Program-made: the position numbers and the translations under genes
Shown here: one piece after another, positions 38,284 through 51,730 of the stretch
Layout: each line of letters begins with the position of its first letter
How positions within the stretch are numbered: the first letter of the stretch is position 1
From: Octopus sinensis
Lineage: Eukaryota
Direction: 5' to 3'
Length of the DNA stretch: 64,000 bases
Assembly (NCBI RefSeq): GCF_006345805.1
Contig: NC_042998.1
Coordinates: forward strand, 109,616,001-109,680,000
The notes under the pieces: generated by a model
The model's database searches: none
Told to the model about the DNA's origin: nothing
Seen by the model: only the letters and a program-made list of their open reading frames with translations

Positions 38284-38551
38284 TTAACCCCTATTGTCAT
38301 TCTCTTCTGCCACTCCAAATTATAGTAGGCTTTGGTTATTTTCGTCCTAAGTACTTTCTGCAACAATATTAGCAATAAGCATGTAATTCCTATATTTTCT
38401 AGTTCTGATAAAAAAAGAAATATAATTCCGTATAGTTGGCACACACATACACATATGTATATATATATATATATACATGCAAGTATATATATGTATATAT
38501 ATACATATGTATATATCTATATATCTATATATATATATCTATCTATATCTA

Positions 38552-38651
<100 letters not shown>

Positions 38652-38660
38652 GAGAGAGAG

Positions 38661-38821
38661 AGGCGCAGTCATGGCTGTGTAGTAAGAAGCTTGCTTCTCA
38701 GTCACACGCCTCCAGGTTCAGTCCCACTACGTGCCACATGAGCAAGTGTCTACTACTATTGCCTCGGGGAGACCAAAGCTTTGTGAGTGGATTTGGTAGA
38801 CGGAGACTGAAAGAAGTCTGT

Positions 38822-38825
<4 letters not shown>
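38661..38825 (+). mobile_element. SINE family A 5' half
   Basis: GGCGCAGTCATGGCTGTGTAGTAAGAAGCTTGC..GGATTTGGTAGACGGAGACTGAAAGAAG. Confidence 0.85.
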
Positions 38826-38890
<65 letters not shown>

Positions 38891-38908
38891 TATACATATA
38901 TATACATA

Positions 38909-39780
38909 CAGGGTACGTAAGGTATTTCAGAACATACCTTTTTTGGGTCATTGCTGTATCATTTGCTAACTCTGTGAAATCTTTGTTTCAGAAAGTGATA
39001 ATGGCAGACTCTGAGCTTGCTCAATAAATGTATGTAGGGCCATGCTGTTATTGTGGTTACAAAGGCTGAGCATAGCAATTTAGAAATATCTCGACTTTTA
39101 AAAGTTGACAGATTTTTCGTCTACAAAGTTTGCAAGGATCTAGGGACTGAAGATGGAAACGTATCACCAATATCAAAGCATAAAAAGCATTCTAAACGAT
39201 CTGAAAACATCAGAACACCTGAATTCAACCAGCAAGTTCAACAGACTATTGATTGCAATCTCAGAAAGTCCATGAGTTCAATTGCAAATGATCTCCGTGT
39301 GTCAGAAGGAAGACTCAGAAATGTTTTCCACAAAGACATCGGATATAAGTCTTAAATGATGAGAAAAGGTCAGTTTGTCAGAAAAAGCAAAATAAAATCA
39401 TTACATCTATATCAGATCTAAAAAGCTCTTAAACAAATTGAAAAACCCAGCAGAAGATTTGATTTGGTTTTTCTGAAACGACGAAAACTTCGACCAAGAT
39501 CAAAAAGTTAACAGAAGAAATGACCGATGGTTATGTGCAGATCCTTCTGAACTTCCAAATGTTACGGTTACAAAATTTCCTGCAAGTGTCATGGTTTTAG
39601 AGGTTGTCAGCTATGAAGAACATCTGATGCCTCCTTACTTCTTTCCACAAAGCCTTAGAGTTAACTCTGCCGCCTAGATTGAGGTCCTGGAAATAATTAA
39701 ACCCTGGATAGACAGCGCATGCAATTGAAGGCCATATATGTTTCAGTAAGACTCTTCACAATCACACATGGCTCTAGTAA
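38909..39780 (+). mobile_element. Second-subfamily maT/DD37D-like transposase relic, 3'-truncated
   Basis: TA-CAGGGTACG start; IRTPEF..IANDLRVSE, LIWFF, NFDQDQKVNRRNDRWLC, KFPASVMVL, FQ*DS. Confidence 0.85.
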
Positions 39781-40096
39781 CACATATATTACCGGCTAAA
39801 ATAATGAGATTTTGAAGTTACACGTATCCTTCATTTATTTGATCCTTTTATATATGGTGTGGCTCGCTCCGCGATACTCTACTTGATTGTGAGAGTGTAC
39901 AATATGCTTTTAGATTTCATAAGATGGTCTGCATCAAAATCAGAAATCGCGATCCGGCCATGTACGCTGGGGACTTACCTCCCTTTGTAAGTTATCTTTA
40001 GTAAAACCGGTGCTAGTCAGTTATCTCTGCCACTTTTGTGACCTCTATTAATTTTGCCTTTAGGTTCTAATTGCTTAATAATTTGTTTTATATATA

Positions 40097-41241
40097 TTGG
40101 GTCATCTCATAAATAATGCGTTTTTTTTCATACTTTAATTTTTCAAAATTAAGATAAACCAAGTCCCTTTTTAACCTAAAATATATTCTCCATTTTCTAC
40201 AATGCTCTTCCATGAATCTGGTAGACTGGCTAGGCCCCTCTTCCAAAATCCACTTGTCCGTGATGAAAAATACTCCTCCTGTATTATTCTGACCTCATCT
40301 ACAGAATTAAATTTTTTCCGCCCAAACGATTTTAACGACTGTGGAATAAATGATAATCAGATGGAACATTGCCAGGCGAATATGATGGGTGGAACATCAT
40401 TTCCCATTCAAACTGCTCCAGCCTTTGGAATGTCATCATCACTGAATGTGGAAGAACACCTTTCGTCGTGAAGATGGTCGTTTACCTTCTAACTTGCTCG
40501 CAGTAGATTTTCGTTATTATAGTTTTGTTTGGGTTTAAAAGTTCAAAGTGGACTAAACCGAACAGATAGCAACACCTTACGTAGGTGAAGACCTTCTTTA
40601 GCCTGGAGTAACGGTGTTTCACCTTTTCCTACCCACTGTCTTCGGTGCTTGACATTTTTATAGAGAACCCATTTGTCATCACTAGTCGTTATTTGGTTAA
40701 AAAAAATTTCATTTGTCAGACGTGACAGCAAACAAGAACACACATTCACTCTCTGCGCACGATTAGACTCCGAAACTCATTGACTTTTTCGATGGTACGC
40801 CGGTGTCGATAAATGGTTGAATGACGAAATCCAAGCACCTCTGCTAGTTCTTCAACAGTTACGATAGGATTTTGTTTCACCAGAATTTTCAGGATGCCCT
40901 CGTCAAGCTCTACTGATCTTCCAGAACGAGGCTTGTCTTCTAGGCTGTAGTTTCCGGCTCGGAATTTTTGGAACCACCATTGACACTGGCTTACGCATAT
41001 CATCCCATCCCCATATACAACATTAATATTCGGCGCACTTTCCGTTGCATTGTTGCCTTTATTGAACTCATAAAGCATTAGAGCTTTCAAACAATTACTC
41101 TTAAAATCGAACTGCACTCTTCAAAACTTGCACGGAGAATAAGGACAAGGTAAAATTACTACCTGCTTTTGTTGCAAGTTGATGCAGGTAGTGTATCCCA
41201 TCATTCTCCAACTTTCAGTTCATGCAATTGAAAAACCGCAA
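40097..41241 (-). mobile_element. mariner (DD34D, Mos1/Hsmar-like) transposon relic
   Basis: LYEFNKGNNATES..WFQKFRAG..SLEDKPRSGR, ITTSDDKWVLYKN, HPSYSP..SDYHLF, WKSIVEN; TIR TTGGGTCATCTCATAAATAATGCG next to TA. Confidence 0.9.
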
Positions 41242-41333
41242 TATATATATATATATATATATATACACTAATACATCTGTTTGTTGTCTACACCACCTGT
41301 CTTCGTCTTTTGTTTTTTTGTGAATTCTTCGTG

Positions 41334-41366
<33 letters not shown>

Positions 41367-41989
41367 TACACACACAAAAAAGATGATTTTTTTGAACGCA
41401 GAAACGCCAACACTTATAAAATAACAAATGTTAACTTGTTTATATTTTTATATACGTAGTTTGCACTTAGCTTTATAGCATCTATATTTGTGGATAAATT
41501 TGTCAGCGGGAACGTTAGCTTAATGGTAAAGCACTCAGCCGGAGTCTATGACTATTTGTTGACATATGTTTTTTCCGCTTTGTAAAGGTAACTTACCCAG
41601 TATTTCTACTGTTCTAACGGCGTTTCTGCATTCGAAAAAAAACAAAAACAAAACAAAACAAATTGTTATCTTATTTGTATCGTACAATAAACATTTCGTT
41701 AGTTTGTTTATATTTACACACACACACACTTATAAAACAGTCATTACATCATCTTTGGTTACCTCTAAGGTAAAGAGAACACAGTACAGGTTAAATGTGG
41801 AGTAAGAACTTTATTGGAGTAATCGATGGGCCAGTGCTTCATATTGACGACTGGTTTCATCCCGGTAAGAAATCTGGGATATGGAAATATGTCTTTATAC
41901 GTTCAGTGATGGTAATGTGTGGATAAGTAAGTATGGTTTCCTAATCGGAGTGTGGGTGTCTTCTTTATCTCAACGTCCTTTTTTTTTTC

Positions 41990-42130
41990 GTATTTACTTG
42001 TTTCAGTCATTTGACTGCGGCCATGCTGGGGAGCAACCTTGAAGAGTTTTAATAGAAACATCGACCCTAGGACTAACTTATTCTGTCAGTCTTTACACCA
42101 ACACCGATGGTCAAGCGGTGATGGGGGAAC
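41990..42130 (-). mobile_element. SINE family A 3' part, internally deleted
   Basis: TTTACTTGTTTCAGTCATTTGACTGCGGCCATGCTGG. Confidence 0.8.
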
Positions 42131-42219
42131 TATGTGGTATCACCTAACTTATTTGGGTTTTGTTTGGTTTATTTTATTTTTCTATTCTATTTTGAGAGCC
42201 AAATTGTTATTTGGTTGTG

Positions 42220-42253
<34 letters not shown>

Positions 42254-42559
42254 GTGATGGCGCGTCGCTCACGGTTGTAAGGTCGTGAGCTCAATTCCCG
42301 GCGACGCGTTGTGTCCTTGAGCAAGACACTTTATTTCACGTTGCTCCAGTCCACTCAACTGGTAAAAATGAGTTGTACTTGTATTTCAAAGGGCCGGCCT
42401 TGTCACACTCTGTGTCTCGCTGAATCTTCATGAGAACTAAGTTAGGGGTACTCGTGTGTGTGTGGATTGCTCAGTCACTTGAACGTTAATTTCACGAGCA
42501 AGCTGTTCCGTTGATGGTATCAGCTGGGACCCTCGTCGTCGTAACCGACGGAGTGCTCC
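42254..42559 (+). mobile_element. SINE family E (tail type 1) with (TATG)n on both sides
   Basis: B box GAGCTCAATTCCC; core GTCCTTGAGCAAGACACTTTATTTCACGTTGCTCCAGTCCACTCAACTGG. Confidence 0.8.
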
Positions 42560-42793
42560 TATGTATGTATGTATGTATGTATGTATGTATGTATGTATGT
42601 ATGTATGTATGTATGTATGTATGTATGTATGTGAGTGCGTGCGTAAGCGTCTGCGTGTCAACTGATGCAGCAGGTCAATGATGAATTTGAAACGAATTCT
42701 GATTTTTTTTTCTGGAAATCAAATTTGAACAAATTTCTTTAGGCTGCAGTCGGAGTGTTTATGTGTGTGCGTGCGCGTATGTGTGTGTATTGT

Positions 42794-42838
<45 letters not shown>

Positions 42839-43221
42839 TGTGCACGCGTACATGTGTGGCGTAGTGAATTGTAAATTAGAAAAATGGAATTTTAATAGAT
42901 TTTATAGAATAATAGAGAATGGTATTGAAGCATTGTTGGCAGTGGGGTCAAACGGTGTCAGTTAGCTGTAGAATTTAGGGTAAAGATCAGTCGGGTATGA
43001 ATGTTAGCGAAAGCATAACTGAATGTAAGCACGCGCGCGTTTGAGTATGTGTGTGTATGCGCGCGCGCACGAGTGTATATGCATCTGTGTGTGCATGTGT
43101 ATGCGCGTATGTGGAGAATGATAGTTTTGTGACTATGTTCACTTCATTATTTTATGACCAGGAATCTTTTGTACTTATTCCAGACTAAATTCAATTGAGC
43201 CTATTATTGAAAAAAAAATAA

Positions 43222-43582
43222 GGGAGATTATAGAAATATGTTGGAAATAACGAGACTACGTTGTTTTTAGTCATTGGATTATCGAAGTATGTCTCTTGGA
43301 AATCCAAATTTATAGCAATATGTTGCTGGTTGTCAATTTATTACACAGATATATCCTTTATAGTCGCTAGATTATAATATGTTTGCAATTTCTGGATTGC
43401 AGGAATATAGTTGCTTGGGATCACTGAATTATAGGAGTATGCTGGTTGTAATCCAACAATTTTAGGAATATATTGTTTACAGTTTCTGATGTATAGGAAT
43501 ATGTTGTTTGTTGTTGCTAGGTTACTGGAATATAATTTTTGTAGTGTCTGGGTTATAGGAGTATGTTATTCTCAGGAGTAGC
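43222..43582. repeat. Degenerate minisatellite with about 31-bp units
   Basis: Recurrent (A/G)TTATAGGA(A/G)TATGTTG at 31-32 nt spacing across 43397-43575. Confidence 0.7.
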
Positions 43583-45984
43583 TATTCTCAGGTGATACAG
43601 TTTCACTTAAAAACATGAGAAAGATGATCGGAAGAGAACCGGAGATTACCTTCTCAGATATTGTCTTTACTCTTTACTTCATCTCTGGCAGTTCTAATTC
43701 AAATCAGCGTGGTTGTTTTTTTATTGTTGTTTTTTGATTTAACTTCAAGTCAACTTTTATTCGTCAGGCATATCTTCAAAAGCATTCCATCTCTAAAAAT
43801 TCTCCTATTTTTCTGGCGTAGTATATCCAGCAATACATTATTCACTGCGTCCGTGCCTATGATAGATAGTCGAAAATCAGAATTTATTACCCTATTTAAT
43901 CTGGAAACAACGCTTAGAAAGAATGTTTACTAGACGTCCATCAGGGTAGAATGTTGCTATCAGATTCCAACTCACCTGACAATTACGTTGTACAGCCAGA
44001 CATAGTTAATGGGCATGAAGGAAATAGTTACTTGGTTTAATGAGGTCATATACTGGTGATGGCAAATTTACATACCTATACCCTTTATGTCAAGATGATA
44101 TACTCTATAATTAGGGGACTGAATTATATACTAGAAGAGTTATCTGGCGTTGCCTGGATGTCGATTGTGGAGAAACTTTTTTTAAAAACTTACCTTATAG
44201 CCATGTTTTTATGTTTTGTTTTGCATCTATTTCTTTTATTGTAAAGCATATGTCTAAAGTTGAATTTCTCTTAGTTTCTCTGATGTGCAAATCTTTTGAG
44301 ATTGTGTTTATTAAGAATTTTAAATATTCCCTTTACGTTTCTTGTAATACTAAATTAATATGCAACACATAAGACAGTAAGAGATTTGGTGAATATAATA
44401 TTTCTTCCCCTGCGATTTGGTGCTCTAATGAAAAGGCTCAATTCTAGTAACCCCAAGGCATTGTTTCTGAGAATTGTTGATGGTCATATAAAAAGAGAGT
44501 TTAATTGGGAACTAAAGTCGCTTGAAGAGAAATTATATATTTGATGAATATATATATGTTTGAATGATGGAAATGTGTAGAATTAAAATATCTTCCTTAG
44601 CAAAACCAGCCATACAGTGGTTTCCACTACATGGGAGATAAGAATTTTGACAGCTACTCTTGTAATGTTATAGAGTTTTGCTGCATCCAAATTTCGTAGC
44701 AACCTAATAAGTACTCTCATTTTGTGTTACGTGTTGTAAAGAAGGACACTAGACTGGGGAAGAAAAGAACTGAGGAACTGTTTGATAGTTGACAGTATCG
44801 ATAACGTTAACTACACTGTGAACTGGTTTGTATAGATTTGATTAGGTTGGTATTTGTTTAATGATAGAGGGATTCATGTGAAATGATATTTTTGGGAGCA
44901 AGTACGGCACGTTTACAAAGTCAGTTGTAATTTCTATATTTCTGTAATAGGCTAGGGATAAATATTCAGTAGCATTTCTTGCGAAGTGCTGATTTATTGT
45001 TTCCCAACTTTTTCTCGTGTGATAGCTGACCATTGCACAAACGAAATAAAACTTTTCCAAGCAGGGTTGCTGAAATATTTTATAAAGTCTAGTTCTCATG
45101 TTGGTAGAAGGATAATGATTTCCCCATTCGTGTTCAAGTGCAGGAGTCTTTGAGTCATTCTCTCAACTCATCAACAGGTATATTCTTTAGAATGACTGGC
45201 AGTGTTTGCTTGAAATCATCACAGAGAAAGACTGATTTGACCCATTCAGACAATATAAAACAGCTCTATCTTCAGAGCAGAGCATAAAACCCCATACTAC
45301 TCTCACTATACTATCACTTTATTACAACTATTAGTTTTTCAACGTCTTTTTTTTTATTGAATCTTCTCTGTTTTACGCATTTGGGACCTCGCAACTGATA
45401 TTTTTTTTTCATGCATTATTTAGTGATGATTTTGGATTTCTGTTCTACACTTACACACACTCGGCGCGTGCGTATATATATACACGTATGTGCGAGTGCG
45501 TGTATGTGTGGGTGTGTATAGTGTTGACATATTGAATACGTTCCAATGTATTCGAACGGGATGAGGCCTTTAGCTGCGAAGAAAGACAAAATTCTCCACT
45601 AAGGTATGTGTTAAACTACATTTGTCATGGATTGGGGATGATGTCATTGGACTGTGTGATGCATGCTTTTCTACGCCGTTCGCTTCGCCAACTACAAAAA
45701 TCAGATCAGTCTCTCACATCCTGTTAGAAACAAAATCATTCTTATTAATTCAAGCGTATATAACGTTTGGTGATTTGTGGAAAGCTCGGTCGAGCTGGAA
45801 TTGAATAAATAATGTTGCACGAAACAGCATGAAGTTATATGTAGTACGTCTCAGGTGTGATTAGGCCGTCATGTTTTAACACATGTGTAGGTAGAAAATT
45901 TTTTCCCGAGATTATCTCCGTAGTTAAATGTCTTGTCACATCTGAATAAATTTGAACGCGTTAAACAACTTATATAACTTAGAT

Positions 45985-46440
45985 GTGATTCAGTCAAAGA
46001 TTGGCCGAAGCCATGTCTAACTTAATAGCACCACCTGACAGGGCCTTTAAAGTTATTTTGTTGTGCATCATGATCAATTCAAGTAGGGAAATGTTGTTGA
46101 CTGAGATACATCCAGATATAGAAGGCTTATATAGAATCAGTTGAAGAAATTTGTCCAGGTTTCCTTTAAAGGTGATGGGATATTTTTCTTCTTTGATTTG
46201 TTTAGGGATATTGTTAAATAAAGCAGGGCCCGGTGATGAAAACTAATTGTGTTGCAATGAATTTATGTTGTGTGATCCTGAATTGTGTAGAGGGAGTATG
46301 GCACGTTGCCCCAGCCTTGAAGGAATTCTGAATATAATATTAAGGTCTTTTGGGTGATGCTAGTGGTATATTCTCCACATTGTTTTAATCATGTAGCGCT
46401 CACGGCAGCGCTGGAGAGAATACGGTTTCAATGTTTTAAA
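45985..46440 (-). mobile_element. CR1-clade LINE 3' end
   Basis: Minus-strand translation LQR.RERYMIKTMWRI..GPALFNNIPKQIKEEK..FKGNLDKFLQLI. Confidence 0.75.
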
Positions 46441-46553
46441 GCAGTAGCAATAATGAAGACCAGTCACATCTTTAATTATTTAGTGAGTGCTCCCTAGGGT
46501 AACTCAACTCTTGTAATGTTTGTTTTGTGAGGGGAGACCACAGGAGACAACAG

Positions 46554-46591
<38 letters not shown>

Positions 46592-46663
46592 GCATACATA
46601 TATATATATATACACATACATATATATATGTATATATATATATTTATATATATACACATACAT

Positions 46664-46735
<72 letters not shown>

Positions 46736-47300
46736 CTGTTTAGGTAATTAAAATTGTAAATCTTTAATAAAAGACAATTTAGCTGAGCTGTGAAAAGTAA
46801 ACATAGAAGTCACACCATAGTCTTATCTCTCTATAAACGGATGAAAGAATCGACCTGATTAGATGCAAATTCTGTTAAGAACGCGTACCCATTTCTTGTT
46901 CTCGGAGAGAATTGTAGCTTTTAGCTATTTATAATGTATGCAACATCTGAGATAACTAAGTTGATCTCTTTAATTTTTGTTACTGTGCAACCATTGACAA
47001 AACGAATTAATTAATCAATTCCTATCGCACTATACAGTGTTTTTGAAATTCATTTCGAAGATAAAGTAAAACTGCTGCGTAATGCACTGATAATTGATTA
47101 ATTAGATAATTAATTCATGTTTGTTTACATTTCTCGTATGAAGATTTATTCTTGGCAATTTTTGTTATTTAGAAATGTGGGAGTATAACAAAATACGAAT
47201 GTGAGAGTATAACAAAATACGAAACATGTGTCGACGGATTCCTTGCTCTCAACTAACGAGGACTCAACAGGAAGAAATAAGACTATTAAAGAGTGAAAAT

Positions 47301-47750
47301 TATTCCGTGTTCTAACACAACATCCACTTTAAATGGGTTAAATATTATCTTTTGGTATTAACCTTGCTTCAGTCGCTAATAATAATTTTTTTCTTTTTTA
47401 ATTATCCCATTGGCTAGTCGTGACACCAGTGCCTCATAGAGCACTGGGATTCCATATATATCGCTAGCGGAGATATCGCTGTTATTTGCCGCGGTCGGAC
47501 GTTTACCGTTGGCAAGGCCAGGTAAGGCCAAAATCATGTGGTCTAGCAGTCGTGGCGGCGGAAATTGAGTTTTTTTTGTGTATCCCCTACTAGGGATGTA
47601 AACAAGAGTGCATTTATGACCTAGAAATCCACATGAGAGGTTCTCTCATGGCAATTATCGCAGTATTCTGTGTTCTTACTCAATTTCCAGTTTTTAGTGA
47701 GAATAAATATCTGTTGGTATTAATATTGCTTCTGTCGCTAATAATTATTT
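47301..47750. repeat. About 90-bp diverged direct repeats flanking a CpG- and hairpin-rich core
   Basis: 47301-47390 versus 47664-47750 share TATTC.GTGTTCT.AC.CAA..TCCA.TTT and TATCT.TTGGTATTAA..TTGCTTC.GTCGCTAATAAT. Confidence 0.65.
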
Positions 47751-47751
47751 C

Positions 47752-47821
<70 letters not shown>

Positions 47822-48150
47822 GTCTGTATGTCTATCTGTCTGTCTGTCTGTCTATCTATGGCTGTCTGTCTGTCTGTCTATCTATGTCTGTCTATCTATG
47901 TCTGCCTGTCTATGTCTGTCTGTCTGTCTGTCTATGTCTGTCTATCTATGTCAGTCTGTCTATCTATGTCTGTCTGTCTGTCTGTCTATCTATGTCTGTC
48001 TGTCTGTCTGCTTATATATGGCTGTCTGTCTGTCTATCTATATCTGTCTGTCTATCTTTATCTGTCTGTCTATGTCTGTCTGTCTATGTCTGTCTATCTA
48101 TGTGTCTGTCTATGTCTGTCTGTCTATGTCTATCTGTCTGTCTATCTATC
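47752..48150. repeat. (TCTA)/(TCTG)/(TATG) mosaic array
   Basis: Visible directly. Confidence 0.95.
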
Positions 48151-48494
48151 TACACACATACATTACATACTATAAATAAGTGTGTGTGTGTGTGTGCATA
48201 TGTATGTATAGTGACACTAACTTCCTAATGAAATATAAAAATTTTAACTTTTATGTATATATCAACATTATTTTATTAAGTACATTAATACTAAATCAGT
48301 GACTGAATATTTTACTACTAACCTATTAAATATATTAGCGCTAACATTACTCTGAAATATATTACCACTTATTTCCTACTTTCGTTAACATTACTTTACC
48401 TATTAAGTATGGGAACAATAATTTTAGTATTTCGTTTTAGCAGTAAACTGTTAGATATTCTGAAATTTTGAAATGAACTAAACATTAACTGAAC

Positions 48495-48545
48495 TATATA
48501 AATATATAAATATAAATATAAATATAAATATAAATATAAATATAA

Positions 48546-48600
<55 letters not shown>

Positions 48601-48674
48601 ATATATTATATATATATATATATATATAAATATGAATATAAATATAACATATATATATATATATATATATGAAC

Positions 48675-48711
<37 letters not shown>

Positions 48712-48720
48712 GTGCGTGTG
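48495..48720. repeat. (ATATAA)n grading into (TA)n
   Basis: Visible directly. Confidence 0.9.
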
Positions 48721-48746
48721 TGTGTGTGTATGTATATATATATGCT

Positions 48747-49069
48747 GAGACTTCCTTCGGTCACGGCTGACCATGGGATTGCATCTAGAAAGTTACCCTC
48801 CCAGGCATAAGTCCGGGCAAGGTTGTTTATGGAAGACCAGCATTCTTACCGGCCTCCCCACTCCACGCCACCAGTGTTATCTAAGGGAAAGGCAAAAGCC
48901 GATACAACTTGGAACCTGTGACGCCGCAACTCATTTCTACAGCTGAGTGAACTGGAGCAACGTGAAATAAAGTGTCTTGCTCAAGAACACAACACGCAGC
49001 CCAGTCGGTCTGGGATTCGAACTCACAACCTTAGGATCGTAAGCTCGACGCTCTTACCACTGAGCCATG
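48747..49069 (-). mobile_element. SINE family E (tail type 2), full length
   Basis: Minus strand CATGGCTCAGTGGTAAGAGCGTCGAGCTTACGATCCTAAGGTTGTGAGTTCGAATCCC (A and B boxes), then the same core as 42254 but a different tail. Confidence 0.85.
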
Positions 49070-49125
49070 TATATACATATGTATATATATGTGTGTGTGT
49101 GTGTTTATGTATGTATGTATGTATG

Positions 49126-49156
<31 letters not shown>

Positions 49157-49965
49157 TAGATATAGGTATGTACATATATATATATATATGCATATATATA
49201 TATATAAATATATATATATATATTATTCATATTATTATATGATCGAACGCCACGCATTCATTACAAAGTAAGTTTTATCTTAATAATTCAGACGCGCACT
49301 CTACATTCTCTATACTCCCTTCACTTCTTCTTCTTTCTTTTTGTTTTTCCTCTTCTCCCCTTCACTGTTCTCTTTCTCTCCCTCTTTCTCCCCCACTCTT
49401 CCTCCTTGACACTCTCGTTGCTCACACGTGACCAGCGGCTATCGTTCTTTTTTCTCCTTGGTTTACTAGAGATAATATCTACTTTTGCCTGCCTCTTGCC
49501 ACAGCTGCTTTCTCCAGCGTTCACCACTTCACCTCGTTATGGCTTAACAGCCCTCACCATTTGTTTTTACTGTTTTGTTCTTACTGTCTTCTTTTTGTTA
49601 CCACTCTAACCCTCCGCAAAAATCCTAAATTTTATTTAATTTGCTTTGCGGGAAGGATTGTTTTAACGAAGTCATGTCTTGTCCTAACCTTCGACCCGCG
49701 GAGTAGATAAAACAGGGGATAACTGATGAAGGGGTTGTTCTTTAGGTTGCCTGTCTCATTTCTTTATTTGTTTCTTTCGTTGTCCGAACAAAATTTCGTT
49801 TTCCATGTTTTTGTTGTTTTTTATGCCCTCGTTTTTCATTTGCTCACTTTTTTGACGTCCTGTATCCATATATTCATGTATATACATATATATGAAGTAT
49901 GCACATATATATGCCTATATATATTATATATATATATATATATTTATATGTATGTATATGTTTAT

Positions 49966-50163
49966 GCGTGTCTGTGCGTGTCCCCCTCCATCGCTTGACA
50001 ACCATTCTTGGTATGTTTATGTCCCCATAACTTAGTGGTTCGGCAGAAGAGACCGACAGAATAAGAACTAGGCTTACAACGAATAAGTTCTGGGGGTAGA
50101 TTTATTCGACTAAAGGCGGTGCTCCAGCATGACCTCAATCAAATGACTGAAACAAGGAAAAGA

Positions 50164-50166
<3 letters not shown>
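49966..50166 (+). mobile_element. SINE family A 3' half with (TATG)n tail
   Basis: CGACTAAAGGCGGTGCTCCAGCATG..CAAATGACTGAAACAAG. Confidence 0.85.
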
Positions 50167-50194
<28 letters not shown>

Positions 50195-51504
50195 TGTATG
50201 TATGTATGTATGTATGTATGTATCTATATAACACCCACTTAATTCTTATGTATATCATAAAAAATTCAACTTTTGCATCAATTCTGTTTTGCAAGTCTGT
50301 GTGTGTGGTGAAGCATTTCTATACTTATATAAAAACAGTTTTCACATCTTTGTTACCAAGTGACTTGACAAATTTGGAAGTTACAACACTGCATTAATCT
50401 TTTCTGAAAATCTGACCTTGTGATTCTTATAAATTTTAATCTTTTACTGGTTACAGCTAGTTGGCTGTGTCCTTGCTGGCAGTTACGAAGTTTCTCTGTG
50501 CTTCACACTGCAGAGTGTCGGCAAATTTTTAGTAAAACAGTATTCTGCAACCTTATTTCAACATTTTAATTAAAGCCATCGAAAAATGAATGAATATCAC
50601 CACAATTTAATAGATATTCTCTGTTGAAAGCATTTGTAGAATCATGTCTGTTTGAGAAATTTATATAGCTTTGTGAAGCTGGTCGCAGTTATTGGACTAT
50701 AAACGCGTGCTTTAATAGATTGAAATCAAGCAATTAATAGGTATTGAAATGTTAACGAGCTATATCGAACTAATTAGAAAAGTGGTCATTGGTCTTTATA
50801 TGCATGTATGTACCTAATAAGAATCTAGGCTAAGCTCTATAGTATACATGAATGGGAGAATAATAAAGGTAACCGTTGAATAATCACTACTTTCACATAG
50901 TGAGATTTATTCTATAGCCAGCAACCTCTGTAATTTGGTGTATTTTCTCGGTATTACAACCATGAAAGACTAATACATTGGCACTATTCCCGAAAGAGTT
51001 GCTGCTGAAAAAGAAATGCGTATTCTGAAGTTTTCATGCTTTTGTTCATTCGGAATACCTTGACAGGTTGAGGAATTTCAAAATAATTGTTTGTCCATAT
51101 TATCAATTCATGTTTTTAAATGTACTACTTTCTATCATTTGACTTGAGGCTTTTAATATCTTTATGGAAATAAACTGTTTGCTGTTCAATCCTTGCTTTG
51201 TAGAGGTGAAATGAAGTGCAAGTCTCATCAACCAAATCCAGCTGAGTATCATACGGTAGCTACTTTATCAACGCCCGTGGCTGAAATAATGTAGAAACCT
51301 CAATGTGGTTTAAAATAAACTGAAAACAGTCTACTGGACTATCTGAAAGCATCCAGTGGACTGTCACGATCAAAACTTCGATTATATGCTTACTCGACGA
51401 GGGATGACCGTGAACTACACAATGACAACACTGGAGACCACTAAAGGATGTGAATTCAGAACATCGAGGCAACATAATAACATGAACTTACATATATCCC
51501 TATA

Positions 51505-51730
51505 CTTGTTGGTTTCAAATTTTGGTATAAGGCCAGCAATTTCGTGGGAGGGGGTAAGTCAACTACATCGACCCCAGTACTCAACTAGTACTTATTTTAT
51601 CGACCCTGAAAGGATGAAAGGAAAAGTCGACGTTGGCGGCATTTGATCTCAGAACGTAAAGGATTCTTTACTCTTTTTGCCGCTAAGCATTTCGCCCGGC
51701 ATGGCAACGATTCTGCCTGCTCGTTACTTT
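51505..51730 (-). mobile_element. SINE family B
   Basis: Reverse complement of family B. Confidence 0.85.

Noticed and set aside
45540-45610. Donor AAG|GTATGT with a short open frame upstream
   Set aside because: The frame is closed by TGA at 45533 with no acceptor in between.
49690-49800. CTGATGA-AGGGG in a repeat-like segment
   Set aside because: I could not find a GAAA and stems completing any hammerhead topology.
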